This document shows positions 1 through 8,367 of a stretch of DNA of 12,590 bases, one piece after another. The stretch lies in contig JAVZYR010000017.1 of assembly GCA_038999435.1 (NCBI GenBank), positions 1-12,590 of the forward strand, given 5' to 3'. This DNA is from Candidatus Aenigmatarchaeota archaeon (GTDB lineage Archaea > Aenigmatarchaeota > Aenigmatarchaeia > QMZP01). Numbering within the stretch: position 1 is the first letter of the stretch; each line of letters starts with the position of its first letter. The position numbers were made by a program, and so were the translations under genes. Under the pieces are notes generated by a model. That model had not been told where the DNA came from and did no database searches. It worked only from the letters and a program-made list of their open reading frames with translations.

Positions 1-3000
1 CTGTTGCAGTATCACCAGGCTTTACACCACATGATACTTGTGCATATTCTGCTGTCTCTTTATTTTTTTGCGATATTTCATCATACTGTTGCTTTGTGCA
101 ATTGCACTTATCACTCTTATCCTTATTCTCTGGATAGTATATTATTATATCAGCCCATGGGGTTAGTAGGTTTTTAACAGCATCTTGAGGGCCCTGGCCA
201 GGCGAGGATAGACAACCAACAGCAAATGAATGAGTTACGATAGATCCAGCCTCTGCACCAGGAGAACCTAATGGTGGTACAGAAAAATCTACAGTGCTTG
301 CTGTTGATATTATGCTAAGATCAGAGTCTTTGTGCAGTATAACAGGGTTCGCACAAGCTTCTGGAGGGACTCTTGCCTCCACTCTTATCTGTGTATAGAT
401 ACATGTTCCTGTGAAATTTACTGAAGCACATGTCGCGTATGGTGGTGTCACAACTGCGCCCTGTGGATGTATCCAATCTCTTACCAAAATCCTCATGCTT
501 ACTCCCATGCCTCCCATACCACCTGTCATATTGCCAAAGAGATTTACCATGCCTGTACCAAATTTGCCAAACGTGCTTGCCAAATCCGCTCCTGACTTGG
601 CTGCTGCACCCATCAAATTCTGTATGTTGCCAAAAACTGTATTCATGTTAGACATGCCATCCCTTATACATATTATCATTTTCTCAAAGCAGCCCTGTTC
701 ATTGCCCTTACACATACCTGTGTCCATCATATGTTGATGCATTGCCAAACACATATCCATCTGTATTCTCGCCATATGCAACTGTATAATCTGAAGTTCT
801 GCCATGCGTATGTTTATCATGAATTCGCAATACTTTCCTGGCATACTCATAAGTAGTTGACCAAGCTCTGCTGCCGTGCCTACGAAAAACTTTGCCATTT
901 TAATATTACCTTTTAGTGCAGCATATCCTCCAATACCCAATCCACTTAATGTCATAATAATTGAAAACCAAAGTGCAGCTTCCATCATTTTTATGCATTG
1001 GTCAATCAGGTCCTCCATCTTATCTGCTATGTCCATTGCCTTGTCAAGCTCTCTCTGCAACTGTTCAATCGAATCATTTATGATGTCACTTATTGTCCTC
1101 ACTGATTGATGTGTGACAATATCAGGCAAGCGGGCACTGAGATTCATAATCCGCACTACATTTCCATCTCTATAGCTGAGATAAATCATCATAGAATTTG
1201 GCTTGTATGTGTATGTCCAGCCCTGTGAGCATTCGGGTATTGTATTTAATCTTATCGTGCAGTTTACACTGCCTGTTATCTGGTCAAGTAGCTCACAACC
1301 TGCAAACTCGGCATTGCTGCCATTTATTGTGAATGCATACGAATTTAGTTGAAATTCACTTGGTGGGTTGGCAATGTGTGCACGCACATTCACATCCTGT
1401 GTAATCTCACACGAATCAAATCTAACTGTTGTTGTTGGGCTATCAATCACAAGCGACATATTGCTCAAATCCCTGCACTCACCTGTGCTCATAGGATCAT
1501 TCGGGTTCCAATCACAGTACTGGCCCTCAGGACAGCCCTCATCAAGACACGTTGCCTGTATTGTTATCGGGTCTATCGGTACAGAAAACTGTTTGCTCAG
1601 CATACTATTGCCATTTGCAAATCCTATCTTTATCTCAAGGCTAACAGGATTTAGCACATAATAGCTTGAACCTGTAAACTTCTTTATTCCTGGCATACCC
1701 TCAACACAGCCCTGTCCAGCAGGTATTGTTACAATGCATCTGTCAGTTTGGCCTGTGACAGGCATGCAATTAACAGGCCACCCCATACCTGCACCTGCTA
1801 TTGCAAATATCACCTCCTCAACAGTATGGTTTGATGGGCCCGAAACCCTGATTGTAATGTTCAAGTTATGGTCAATGCCACATCTCTTCAGCACAAACCC
1901 AGGACTTACCGAGACAATGCTGATATTTATATCAGATAGTGCCTTGCATTGCTCGGTTGAATATGGGTCACAATATTGGCCTTGTCCTGTACATGGACAG
2001 TCAAGACAGCATGTTGCAGGGCTCTCGCCAGTTGCTACATCGCAGTATCCATTGCCACAACTAGCAGCAGGTATTGTGACATCAGGCAGCCTTGCAGACA
2101 GTTCTTGTGTTATACTCTGCGCACCATCAAGATATGTGATGGTGAAGTTAAGGTTATTATTTCTTATAATGTACATCTTGTTTGGATTGTATGGCTCAAT
2201 CTTAAATGGCATCTGGCAGAAATATTTTCCTCCATCAAGCGGTTGACAGTCAAGGGATTGACTTGCACCCTCCATGTAGCCTGTATCCCAGGTTATATTT
2301 CCAAGCGAGCATACAGCAGATTCGAGTGTCATGCGTCCAGGCGCATTTAGCACGGTTGCTGTTATGTTTAGGAAATTGTCAATGTTTGGATTGTATCTAT
2401 AAAATGATGTAAAGGATGTGATGGTAAGCGAAATTGCTGCCTTTGGCTTGCACTCCTTTGCAACAGAATCACAATAAAGCCCTTCAGGACATGCACAGTC
2501 ATAGCCTATCTGTATGCTATTGAAGCTTGTATTCAAAGTCTGGCTAATCGAATTCCTGCCGTTCATGTAAATGATTGTCAGCTCAAGCTCGCCAGGGCCT
2601 GTATTATAGAAATCACGACCACATTTTGGAAATCCTTCTATACCCACATCGCAATTATAACTTCCTGCAACAGACAGGCTGCATGTGATAGGCCTTCTTA
2701 TGCCACCAAGTATGAGTGAGCCTGTTGCTGTCTGCTGAAGGCTAAGTGGTGCATTTGGTATGCTCACCCTCAATGGCACTGTTGGTGCTGCGCACTGTGT
2801 AACAGCAGTTGTTGGTGGTGAGACCTGAATCTGTGATGGTGTATCCTTGCACTGTGCAGGGCCTGTTTGTGGTGCATCGCAGTACTGTGCACCAATACAT
2901 CCACAGTCAAGACAGCATGTTGCAGGGCTCTCGCCAAGGTCAGATTCACAGAAGCCATTACCGCATGTAAATTCAGGATTTCTGTTCAGCGTTATTGGAT

Positions 3001-3760
3001 TGTTTATGCCAGAGCTTGTATTTGCAAATATGAGATGGAATTCCTTTGCAATCGTTGAAATCTCATTACCTGAAACTGATGCAGCAGAAAGGCCTACACC
3101 TCCATCCATTTGCATAGCATCCCCACCAACAGAATATAGCCGGTTTGCATCATAGAAAACAACCTTTTCAACCCATGTGAATGGTATGAGCTGGTTTGCC
3201 TCTATGTAAAACTTTATTGCACCGACAAGCTCAGGGCTCTTTGCATACACATCAACCCTGTTTAGGTCAAAATTCAGCACATTAAAGCCTGTCCTTGATG
3301 TCCTTTCAATGCGATACCATGCACCTGTCCACACAATCCTGCCATCCTTTAGCTTTGCAAGGATGAGCAGATTTGCAGCAGAACTCCATTGTGGGCCTGT
3401 CTTGTACGATATATCATCCCATGGCAGCTCTATGCTTGCAAATTCCATGTAAGTATCAGGGCTGACCTGTTGTACACATTCTGTTGGGCCAAGGTCCTTA
3501 CATTTGTATATCAGCACCCTTTCAATTGCCTTTGCAAGAGAGGCAGAGGATATTGCAACCTTTACCCTTGCATTCCTTGCATTTGGGCCATCCCATAAAA
3601 CGCTTACATCCCTGTCTACAATTCGACCTGCATCGATCTCTGTCTGCTGCACAACTTGTCCGCCTGATATGATGTTTATTTGGGTTGCACTGACAAAAGG
3701 TAGATTGAATATTAACCAAATCACTGCTATTACACCAAATTCGAGCAATGCCCTTTTCAT
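1..3760 (-). CDS. Giant secreted Cys-rich multidomain surface protein (>1253 aa, 3' end outside the window)
   Basis: Manual translation from ATG 3760 (ATGA overlap with the upstream stop, AGGTGG RBS-like upstream) finds no stop before base 1. The N-terminus MKRALLEFGVIAVIWLIFNLPFVSA|TQ resembles a Sec signal peptide. It has four Cys knots (e.g. CGNGFCESDLGESPATCCLDCGC, CGNGYCDVATGESPATCCLDCPC), each followed by a beta-rich domain, many N-X-S/T sequons, then a helical/hydrophobic region. Missing from the ORF track because it has no stop in the window. Confidence 0.93.
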   Translation of the reverse strand, partial: MKRALLEFGVIAVIWLIFNLPFVSATQINIISGGQVVQQTEIDAGRIVDRDVSVLWDGPNARNARVKVAISSASLAKAIERVLIYKCKDLGPTECVQQVSPDTYMEFASIELPWDDISYKTGPQWSSAANLLILAKLKDGRIVWTGAWYRIERTSRTGFNVLNFDLNRVDVYAKSPELVGAIKFYIEANQLIPFTWVEKVVFYDANRLYSVGGDAMQMDGGVGLSAASVSGNEISTIAKEFHLIFANTSSGINNPITLNRNPEFTCGNGFCESDLGESPATCCLDCGCIGAQYCDAPQTGPAQCKDTPSQIQVSPPTTAVTQCAAPTVPLRVSIPNAPLSLQQTATGSLILGGIRRPITCSLSVAGSYNCDVGIEGFPKCGRDFYNTGPGELELTIIYMNGRNSISQTLNTSFNSIQIGYDCACPEGLYCDSVAKECKPKAAISLTITSFTSFYRYNPNIDNFLNITATVLNAPGRMTLESAVCSLGNITWDTGYMEGASQSLDCQPLDGGKYFCQMPFKIEPYNPNKMYIIRNNNLNFTITYLDGAQSITQELSARLPDVTIPAASCGNGYCDVATGESPATCCLDCPCTGQGQYCDPYSTEQCKALSDINISIVSVSPGFVLKRCGIDHNLNITIRVSGPSNHTVEEVIFAIAGAGMGWPVNCMPVTGQTDRCIVTIPAGQGCVEGMPGIKKFTGSSYYVLNPVSLEIKIGFANGNSMLSKQFSVPIDPITIQATCLDEGCPEGQYCDWNPNDPMSTGECRDLSNMSLVIDSPTTTVRFDSCEITQDVNVRAHIANPPSEFQLNSYAFTINGSNAEFAGCELLDQITGSVNCTIRLNTIPECSQGWTYTYKPNSMMIYLSYRDGNVVRIMNLSARLPDIVTHQSVRTISDIINDSIEQLQRELDKAMDIADKMEDLIDQCIKMMEAALWFSIIMTLSGLGIGGYAALKGNIKMAKFFVGTAAELGQLLMSMPGKYCEFMINIRMAELQIIQLHMARIQMDMCLAMHQHMMDTGMCKGNEQGCFEKMIICIRDGMSNMNTVFGNIQNLMGAAAKSGADLASTFGKFGTGMVNLFGNMTGGMGGMGVSMRILVRDWIHPQGAVVTPPYATCASVNFTGTCIYTQIRVEARVPPEACANPVILHKDSDLSIISTASTVDFSVPPLGSPGAEAGSIVTHSFAVGCLSSPGQGPQDAVKNLLTPWADIIIYYPENKDKSDKCNCTKQQYDEISQKNKETAEYAQVSCGVKPGDTAT
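1997..2030. repeat. 34-bp exact intragenic direct repeat (partner at 2903-2936)
   Basis: acagtcaagacagcatgttgcagggctctcgcca is identical to 2903-2936 and encodes GESPATCCLDC on the minus strand. Confidence 0.95.
2903..2936. repeat. 34-bp exact intragenic direct repeat (partner at 1997-2030)
   Basis: Identical to 1997-2030; spacing is 906 bp (302 codons, in frame). Confidence 0.95.
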
Positions 3761-5601
3761 ACCACCTTTACCTCAACCTCATCCCAGCTGACTGTACATG
3801 CCTTGATGTCCTGTGGGGCTGTTGTAACAGCAGAGATGCCACATTTTTCGTATAGTTTTGAAATCATCAATGCAGCGCTTGAATGCTCAGATGCATTTTG
3901 AGGCCATATCATGCTGTAAGGCGCATATATCCACAGCTCTTGCGCATCCTTTGGTATGTTTATATTCCATCCAACCCCTCCTTTCAGCAATCCTCCTTCT
4001 TGCGTATTTATCCAAACATCCCAATTTCCAGATGTAGCCTTTATCTGTGATGTAAAGCTCTTTATGTAATACATATTTTGTAAATAATTTATTCTACCTA
4101 TAGGTGCAAGTGCGAGTAGTACGCCAACATTTTCATGCCCCTCACCAAGCCTGTAAAGCCCGGTTGGATATATTGCATACTGCTTGCTTGCCGTCAAGTT
4201 CTGCACATTCAACTCATAAACATGCACATTTATTGTTTTGAGCTTTCTCAGTGTGATATTCTTTTCAATCAACTCGCTTGATTGTACCCCTTCGCTGTAC
4301 GGTTCATAGCCCTGTCGATAGACATTTATCCATCCTACACCACACGGTGCAATACCATACCACCTTCCGTTGCTATCTGTTTGGCCAATTGGGCAACCCA
4401 TAAAGCTTAGATAGACATCTGAAAGGGAATTTCCATCCTCATCCTTTACATTCACACTTGATATACAGCTTGCAGTCTCGCATATCTCCTGCTGTGCCTC
4501 ACTGACATATCCCTCAGCACCCCATTCAGCAGGGAGATTATCTTTTATGTAAACATCAACAGCAAATCTGAAGTGCCTTCCTGTGATTGTATCCTTTACA
4601 TCAACCACAACAGGATAGCGCACCATATAGCTGACATTCACAAAATCAGGAATACACATCCCGAACAGGCCTGGCCTGGAAAATGCTACAATCGGATTTG
4701 GCCTGAATTGGAAATTCATTGATGAAAGGGCAAAATCATCAGGGAGATGAAAGCTAACATCAATGTCAGAGTAGTCCTTTCCATCCAGCTGTACAAGGCT
4801 ATATTTTGGATATGCAGATCTTGTCATTGTATTTGTTGGTGCTTTGCCTGGCATGTATATACCAGCAAGCGTTGCTTTTATTGCCTCCTCTGCAGCAGGC
4901 CTTATATCATACCATGATCTAAAAATAATTTCACATTCCATTGGCACAACATACAGCGGTACCTTTTTCACGCCATTCTCAACAGGTGAGAGGGCTATTG
5001 TTGATAATGTAGCATACTCAAAGAATCTGCTATCTTTTTCCCATTCAACAAAACGCTTTGCAAATTCGTATATCTCGCCAAGCTTTGTATCATAGCTAAC
5101 CTCATAAGGCTGGGGAACTGGCTTGTCGTTAACAGTTGTTGGCATCGTTACCTGCACATCAATCCTGTTTGGACCAATCTTTACATCTGAAATCAGTGGC
5201 TCTCCTAATGTGATGTTCTTTCCTGTCTCATTGATCAATATCTCCTCAAACTCTGCCTTGTATGTTTTTATCCAATTTGAAAGACTGGCTATAATGGATG
5301 CCTTGAGCTCAGGATATCTTGTTTGGCCTGATGCCAGCCAATACGGCACAAGGTCGTTCAAAAACAACACAGAACCACCATACGGTCGCTCTGTATACCC
5401 ACCATACTTTGTTACATTCTCCATTATCTGCTCAAGCCCTTCTTTAATAAATTGTTTAACAGACAACTTGACCGCCTCAACCTCTGTTGGCGGTGCAGGT
5501 GGACCACCTATTAGGCCTGATTGAAATGCATAGAATATCACAACAACTGCAACTATAACGATAGCAAGAATGAAGATTATCTCTACCTGCCCTTTGACCA
5601 T
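3757..5601 (-). CDS. Large type IV pilin-like protein (614 aa) with class III signal peptide and a probable carboxypeptidase-regulatory-like/transthyretin-like beta domain
   Basis: MVKG|QVEIIFILAIVIVAVVVIFYAF has a KG|Q cleavage motif plus a hydrophobic helix. SVNVKDEDGNSLSDVYLSF...GQTDSNG...INVYRQGYEPY resembles the CarboxypepD_reg-like pattern (recognised by eye). Confidence 0.85.
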   Translation of the reverse strand: MVKGQVEIIFILAIVIVAVVVIFYAFQSGLIGGPPAPPTEVEAVKLSVKQFIKEGLEQIMENVTKYGGYTERPYGGSVLFLNDLVPYWLASGQTRYPELKASIIASLSNWIKTYKAEFEEILINETGKNITLGEPLISDVKIGPNRIDVQVTMPTTVNDKPVPQPYEVSYDTKLGEIYEFAKRFVEWEKDSRFFEYATLSTIALSPVENGVKKVPLYVVPMECEIIFRSWYDIRPAAEEAIKATLAGIYMPGKAPTNTMTRSAYPKYSLVQLDGKDYSDIDVSFHLPDDFALSSMNFQFRPNPIVAFSRPGLFGMCIPDFVNVSYMVRYPVVVDVKDTITGRHFRFAVDVYIKDNLPAEWGAEGYVSEAQQEICETASCISSVNVKDEDGNSLSDVYLSFMGCPIGQTDSNGRWYGIAPCGVGWINVYRQGYEPYSEGVQSSELIEKNITLRKLKTINVHVYELNVQNLTASKQYAIYPTGLYRLGEGHENVGVLLALAPIGRINYLQNMYYIKSFTSQIKATSGNWDVWINTQEGGLLKGGVGWNINIPKDAQELWIYAPYSMIWPQNASEHSSAALMISKLYEKCGISAVTTAPQDIKACTVSWDEVEVKVV

Positions 5602-5622
5602 AATTTAATTTGGCTACACATT

Positions 5623-5630
5623 TTTATATA
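5623..5630 (-). promoter_or_regulatory. Putative archaeal TATA box for the 614-aa gene (leaderless transcript)
   Basis: The minus strand reads gaaaaatagc-TATATAAA, 22-29 nt upstream of ATG 5601, in a 30-bp intergenic gap with no RBS. Confidence 0.6.
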
Positions 5631-5631
5631 G

Positions 5632-6327
5632 CTATTTTTCTGCCCTCTTTGTGATAGCAAGCGTGACAGATATGCCACTTGTGCCTGAAACAGGTATGAA
5701 TTGATGCGCCACTGTCACAGGCAACCTGCAACCTGTCCTGCTCTTTCCTATGTAGCATTCATACCATTTAAGAAGCCTATCGCTACTGCTGACGTTCACA
5801 TATATAAAATCTTGTATACCTGCAAATCCAACAGGCCTTGCTGCAAGAAAATATTCATAGCCAGGCTTTAACCCTGCATATGTCTGCAGAGATTCATTGA
5901 GCCTTTTGACCGCAAGCACATCACATGAGAACTGTGGTGATGCAGAGCGACATACATAACCTGCTTTTGTCCAATAACAGCCGATAAGATCTGAGACATA
6001 CCTACAGCTTTTGTCCATCCAACATTCAGGGCATTCAGGGCCTGCGCCACCTGACCTGATGATGGCTGTCAGCATCTCATGGGCATAAAGCTCCTCATAT
6101 TCTGTTATGGTTATTGTCTGGGCAAAATAGAGAAGGAATATTGCCATGCCAATGAATATCATGACAGTGATAATCATTAGAATCAATGTTGTCTGACCTC
6201 TTACATACATATCTGTAGTTTTCTTTTCGCAAGCGTTTTCTTTTTCTAAAAGAAAAGGCTTTTGATAGGGAATTGTAGTTTTCTTTTCGCAAGCGTTTTC
6301 TTTTTCTAAAAGAAAAGGCTTAGCCAT
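5632..6327 (-). CDS. Cys-rich type IV pilin-like protein; start either 6327 (long repeat-containing leader) or 6210 (MYVRG|Q)
   Basis: RG|QTTLILMIITVMIFIGMAIFLLYFA class III signal and a Cys-rich globular part. ATG 6327 has GAGGTGA 6 nt upstream; ATG 6210 gives a conventional short leader but has no RBS. Confidence 0.8.
   Translation of the reverse strand: MAKPFLLEKENACEKKTTIPYQKPFLLEKENACEKKTTDMYVRGQTTLILMIITVMIFIGMAIFLLYFAQTITITEYEELYAHEMLTAIIRSGGAGPECPECWMDKSCRYVSDLIGCYWTKAGYVCRSASPQFSCDVLAVKRLNESLQTYAGLKPGYEYFLAARPVGFAGIQDFIYVNVSSSDRLLKWYECYIGKSRTGCRLPVTVAHQFIPVSGTSGISVTLAITKRAEK
6214..6321. repeat. Tandem pair of a 60-bp-period palindromic/triplex-motif repeat (locus A)
   Basis: tgtagttttcttttcgcaagcgttttctttttctaaaagaaaaggctt (48 bp) is exact at 6214-6261 and 6274-6321, separated by a 12-bp linker. 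It contains the hairpin ttttctttt-tct-aaaagaaaa. Confidence 0.95.
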
Positions 6328-6817
6328 ACCATCTCACCTCTATCGTGCCCAGCTCTATAATTGGATGTATGCCATATGTTGTGACCTGTCCTGCAGGCCA
6401 GTATATACCTGCTGGAAAAACATAACCGGTATAGTTGCCTTGTCTTTGACATATAATCCATTGACTGCAACTTGGCCAATTCTGTTCTGTGCAGTTTACA
6501 GGGTCTTTGCCTATGACTGATATAACAAGAGACCATCCTTTACCAAATATCTTTTCAAGTTCAGCACATTGTCCTTGAAGGGCAAGAAGTTTTCCTGTAT
6601 CGTATATACTCGGCTCCTTTACAAAGATTGGAGATGTTGAGACAAGCTTTAGTGTATTTAAGATATGCTGAGATTCTGTCTTTGCCTTTTCGAGCCTCAT
6701 CTGGCTTGCCTGCCATCCTGCGAGAAATAGTATAACAACAACGAGCACAACCATTATGAGGAATGTCATGAATATGTATTCCATCAACTCTGCCTGTCCG
6801 AGCATTTTCTTGCTCAT
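6320..6817 (-). CDS. Type IV pilin-like protein (165 aa)
   Basis: MSKKMLG|QAELMEYIFMTFLIMVVLVVVILFLAGW: basic leader, G|Q and a hydrophobic helix. Four Cys. ATGA overlap with the upstream gene and GAGGTGA at 6822-6828. Confidence 0.85.
   Translation of the reverse strand: MSKKMLGQAELMEYIFMTFLIMVVLVVVILFLAGWQASQMRLEKAKTESQHILNTLKLVSTSPIFVKEPSIYDTGKLLALQGQCAELEKIFGKGWSLVISVIGKDPVNCTEQNWPSCSQWIICQRQGNYTGYVFPAGIYWPAGQVTTYGIHPIIELGTIEVRWYG
6334..6340 (-). promoter_or_regulatory. Shine-Dalgarno GAGGTGA before ATG 6327
   Basis: The minus strand reads GAGGTGA-gatggt-ATG; the geometry (8-nt gene overlap) is the same as at the rpa3/pcn junction. Confidence 0.65.
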
Positions 6818-7845
6818 TCCCTCACCTCACAACCAAGCATAAGCAGGTTTTCATATATGCTTTTTGAATGTTCCAAAAGAGCAAAAGTGGGATATGTTGA
6901 TATGTAAGTTAGATTTGATTTAAAATTGTTTAACTCTCTAACACATTTTGCAACATCAGCAGTGCTGCTTATCCTTCCTTGACTGATAAGGTTTTGGATG
7001 TATGTAGAAATCCTTTCTGCCCTCCTTGCTGATGAGTTTGCAGCAATGCTTACATGGAGATTGAAAAAGTATTGTTTGGCATCATAAAGCCTTGGTGAAA
7101 GAGGGCCCCAGAAATCATCATGGTTTGCACCAAGCGTAATGGCAAGAATGTCAAGTCCATCAGCCCATGATATGCTTTGATTTGAGATGTATGCAATGCC
7201 CTGTGGATGTATGCAAAGGCCATACTGCTGATATGACTGGTCACAGTTATTTGAAATTGTTATCAGTGCCTGATTTTTGCCTGGCTTCAAAAGGCATTTG
7301 TTTGCATTTGCCTTTATCGAGAACCATGAAAGGCTTTTTGGTTCATCGATATCTGCACCATCACAGTTTGCATATTTTGTTGTATTGCCTGGCAAGTATG
7401 GCTCAATCTTTCTGAACAAATCGCCTGATGTTTGGTCATTGATTATGAAAAGAAAATCCTTAGGCACACCAACCACAAACCAGAATTCGTACCAGCCCCA
7501 ATCTATGCCCTTTCTCTCAAGCCAGAGCTCCTGTCCTGGTCTTATGAGCGCAGGCACAGGCATCTCCCAATCTCCAAGTTCTGTTGTAATTACAGGTCTG
7601 TTATCAGGCTTAAGCGTTATGACTGTAAAATTCAACCCTGTCTTTTTAAACTCATCAAATGTCTGTGGGTCATTGTAGGTATAGACATGCTGAAGGGTTT
7701 GGCTAAAGCTGCGCAGGGCCTGTGCCTGCATAGATGCGCTCTGTATACCGATGTATGTTGTGAGGTATGATGTGATGAAGTAGAGGATAAAGAATGATAT
7801 GATGAGCCCAAATATGATTCTAAAAAGCTGAAAGATGGATATCAT
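6814..7845 (-). CDS. N-terminally membrane-anchored, pilin-cluster-associated protein (343 aa)
   Basis: Long ORF co-oriented and overlapping with pilin genes. Single N-terminal hydrophobic helix (IIFGLIISFFILYFITSYL) followed by an amphipathic helix; paired Cys; no visible cleavage motif. Confidence 0.8.
   Translation of the reverse strand: MISIFQLFRIIFGLIISFFILYFITSYLTTYIGIQSASMQAQALRSFSQTLQHVYTYNDPQTFDEFKKTGLNFTVITLKPDNRPVITTELGDWEMPVPALIRPGQELWLERKGIDWGWYEFWFVVGVPKDFLFIINDQTSGDLFRKIEPYLPGNTTKYANCDGADIDEPKSLSWFSIKANANKCLLKPGKNQALITISNNCDQSYQQYGLCIHPQGIAYISNQSISWADGLDILAITLGANHDDFWGPLSPRLYDAKQYFFNLHVSIAANSSARRAERISTYIQNLISQGRISSTADVAKCVRELNNFKSNLTYISTYPTFALLEHSKSIYENLLMLGCEVRE
6822..6828 (-). 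promoter_or_regulatory. Shine-Dalgarno GAGGTGA before ATG 6817
   Basis: The minus strand reads GAGGTGA-ggga-ATG inside the end of the upstream CDS. Confidence 0.65.
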
Positions 7846-7869
7846 TATTAATATTGTTTTGTTAATTAT

Positions 7870-8367
7870 TCAAACTGCTATCAGTACATACTGTCCTGCA
7901 TTTACGAGCCATGCCTGTCTGCTTCCTGTTGTACAGAAATTATTTTGCTCTGGCCTAAGATATGCAATTTTATATCCCTCCCAGTCTCCTGGTCCAAGAT
8001 ATATCCACACATTCGAGCGATAATATTCGCTGTACTGGTCCTGTGTCAGGTTTATCATCAAGGGCTCTGGAGGCCAGTTCTTCCATGTTGCAGCACCCCA
8101 GCTTGATGCATTTGGAAAATCAGGGTCAATGAAGCAGAGCTTTGCACCTGCTGGTAATACAATCTGTATCTGCTTTTGACTTCCTTTTGATTGTTGAAAA
8201 ACCCATCCAACCTCTTTTTCTATATTCTTTACCTCATTGTACACCTGAGCCCGCTTACCAAACCCAAGTATGTCTGATATGGGACCTATTCCAAAGGCGA
8301 GTATTGAACCTATGAGTATCACTGCAATCAGGAATGCAAAAACCATCTCAGCTGATATCTGCGGCAT
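7870..8367 (-). CDS. Pilin-like protein (165 aa) with atypical minimal leader
   Basis: MP-QISAEMVFAFLIAVILIGSILAFG has a pilin-like Q+1...E+5 and hydrophobic helix but no K/R-G leader. TAATG overlap with the upstream gene. Confidence 0.78.
   Translation of the reverse strand: MPQISAEMVFAFLIAVILIGSILAFGIGPISDILGFGKRAQVYNEVKNIEKEVGWVFQQSKGSQKQIQIVLPAGAKLCFIDPDFPNASSWGAATWKNWPPEPLMINLTQDQYSEYYRSNVWIYLGPGDWEGYKIAYLRPEQNNFCTTGSRQAWLVNAGQYVLIAV

Noticed and set aside
1990..2965. Diversity-generating retroelement TR/VR pair
   Set aside because: Both copies are in-frame parts of one CDS, the match is short, flanking differences are not adenine-specific, and no reverse transcriptase is present.
3686..3760. 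Class III (pilin) cleavage site MKRA|LLEF in the giant protein
   Set aside because: Possible, but the hydrophobic stretch is short and ends in P-F-V-S-A|T, which fits a signal peptidase I site better.
411..3791. Plus-strand ORFs (411-737, 1734-2246, 2847-3155 and others) and short minus-strand ORFs 2770-2958 and 3522-3719
   Set aside because: Antisense or off-frame shadows of the uninterrupted 3760-to-1 CDS. The shared QSRQHVAGLSP peptide is just the antisense reading of the 34-bp repeat.
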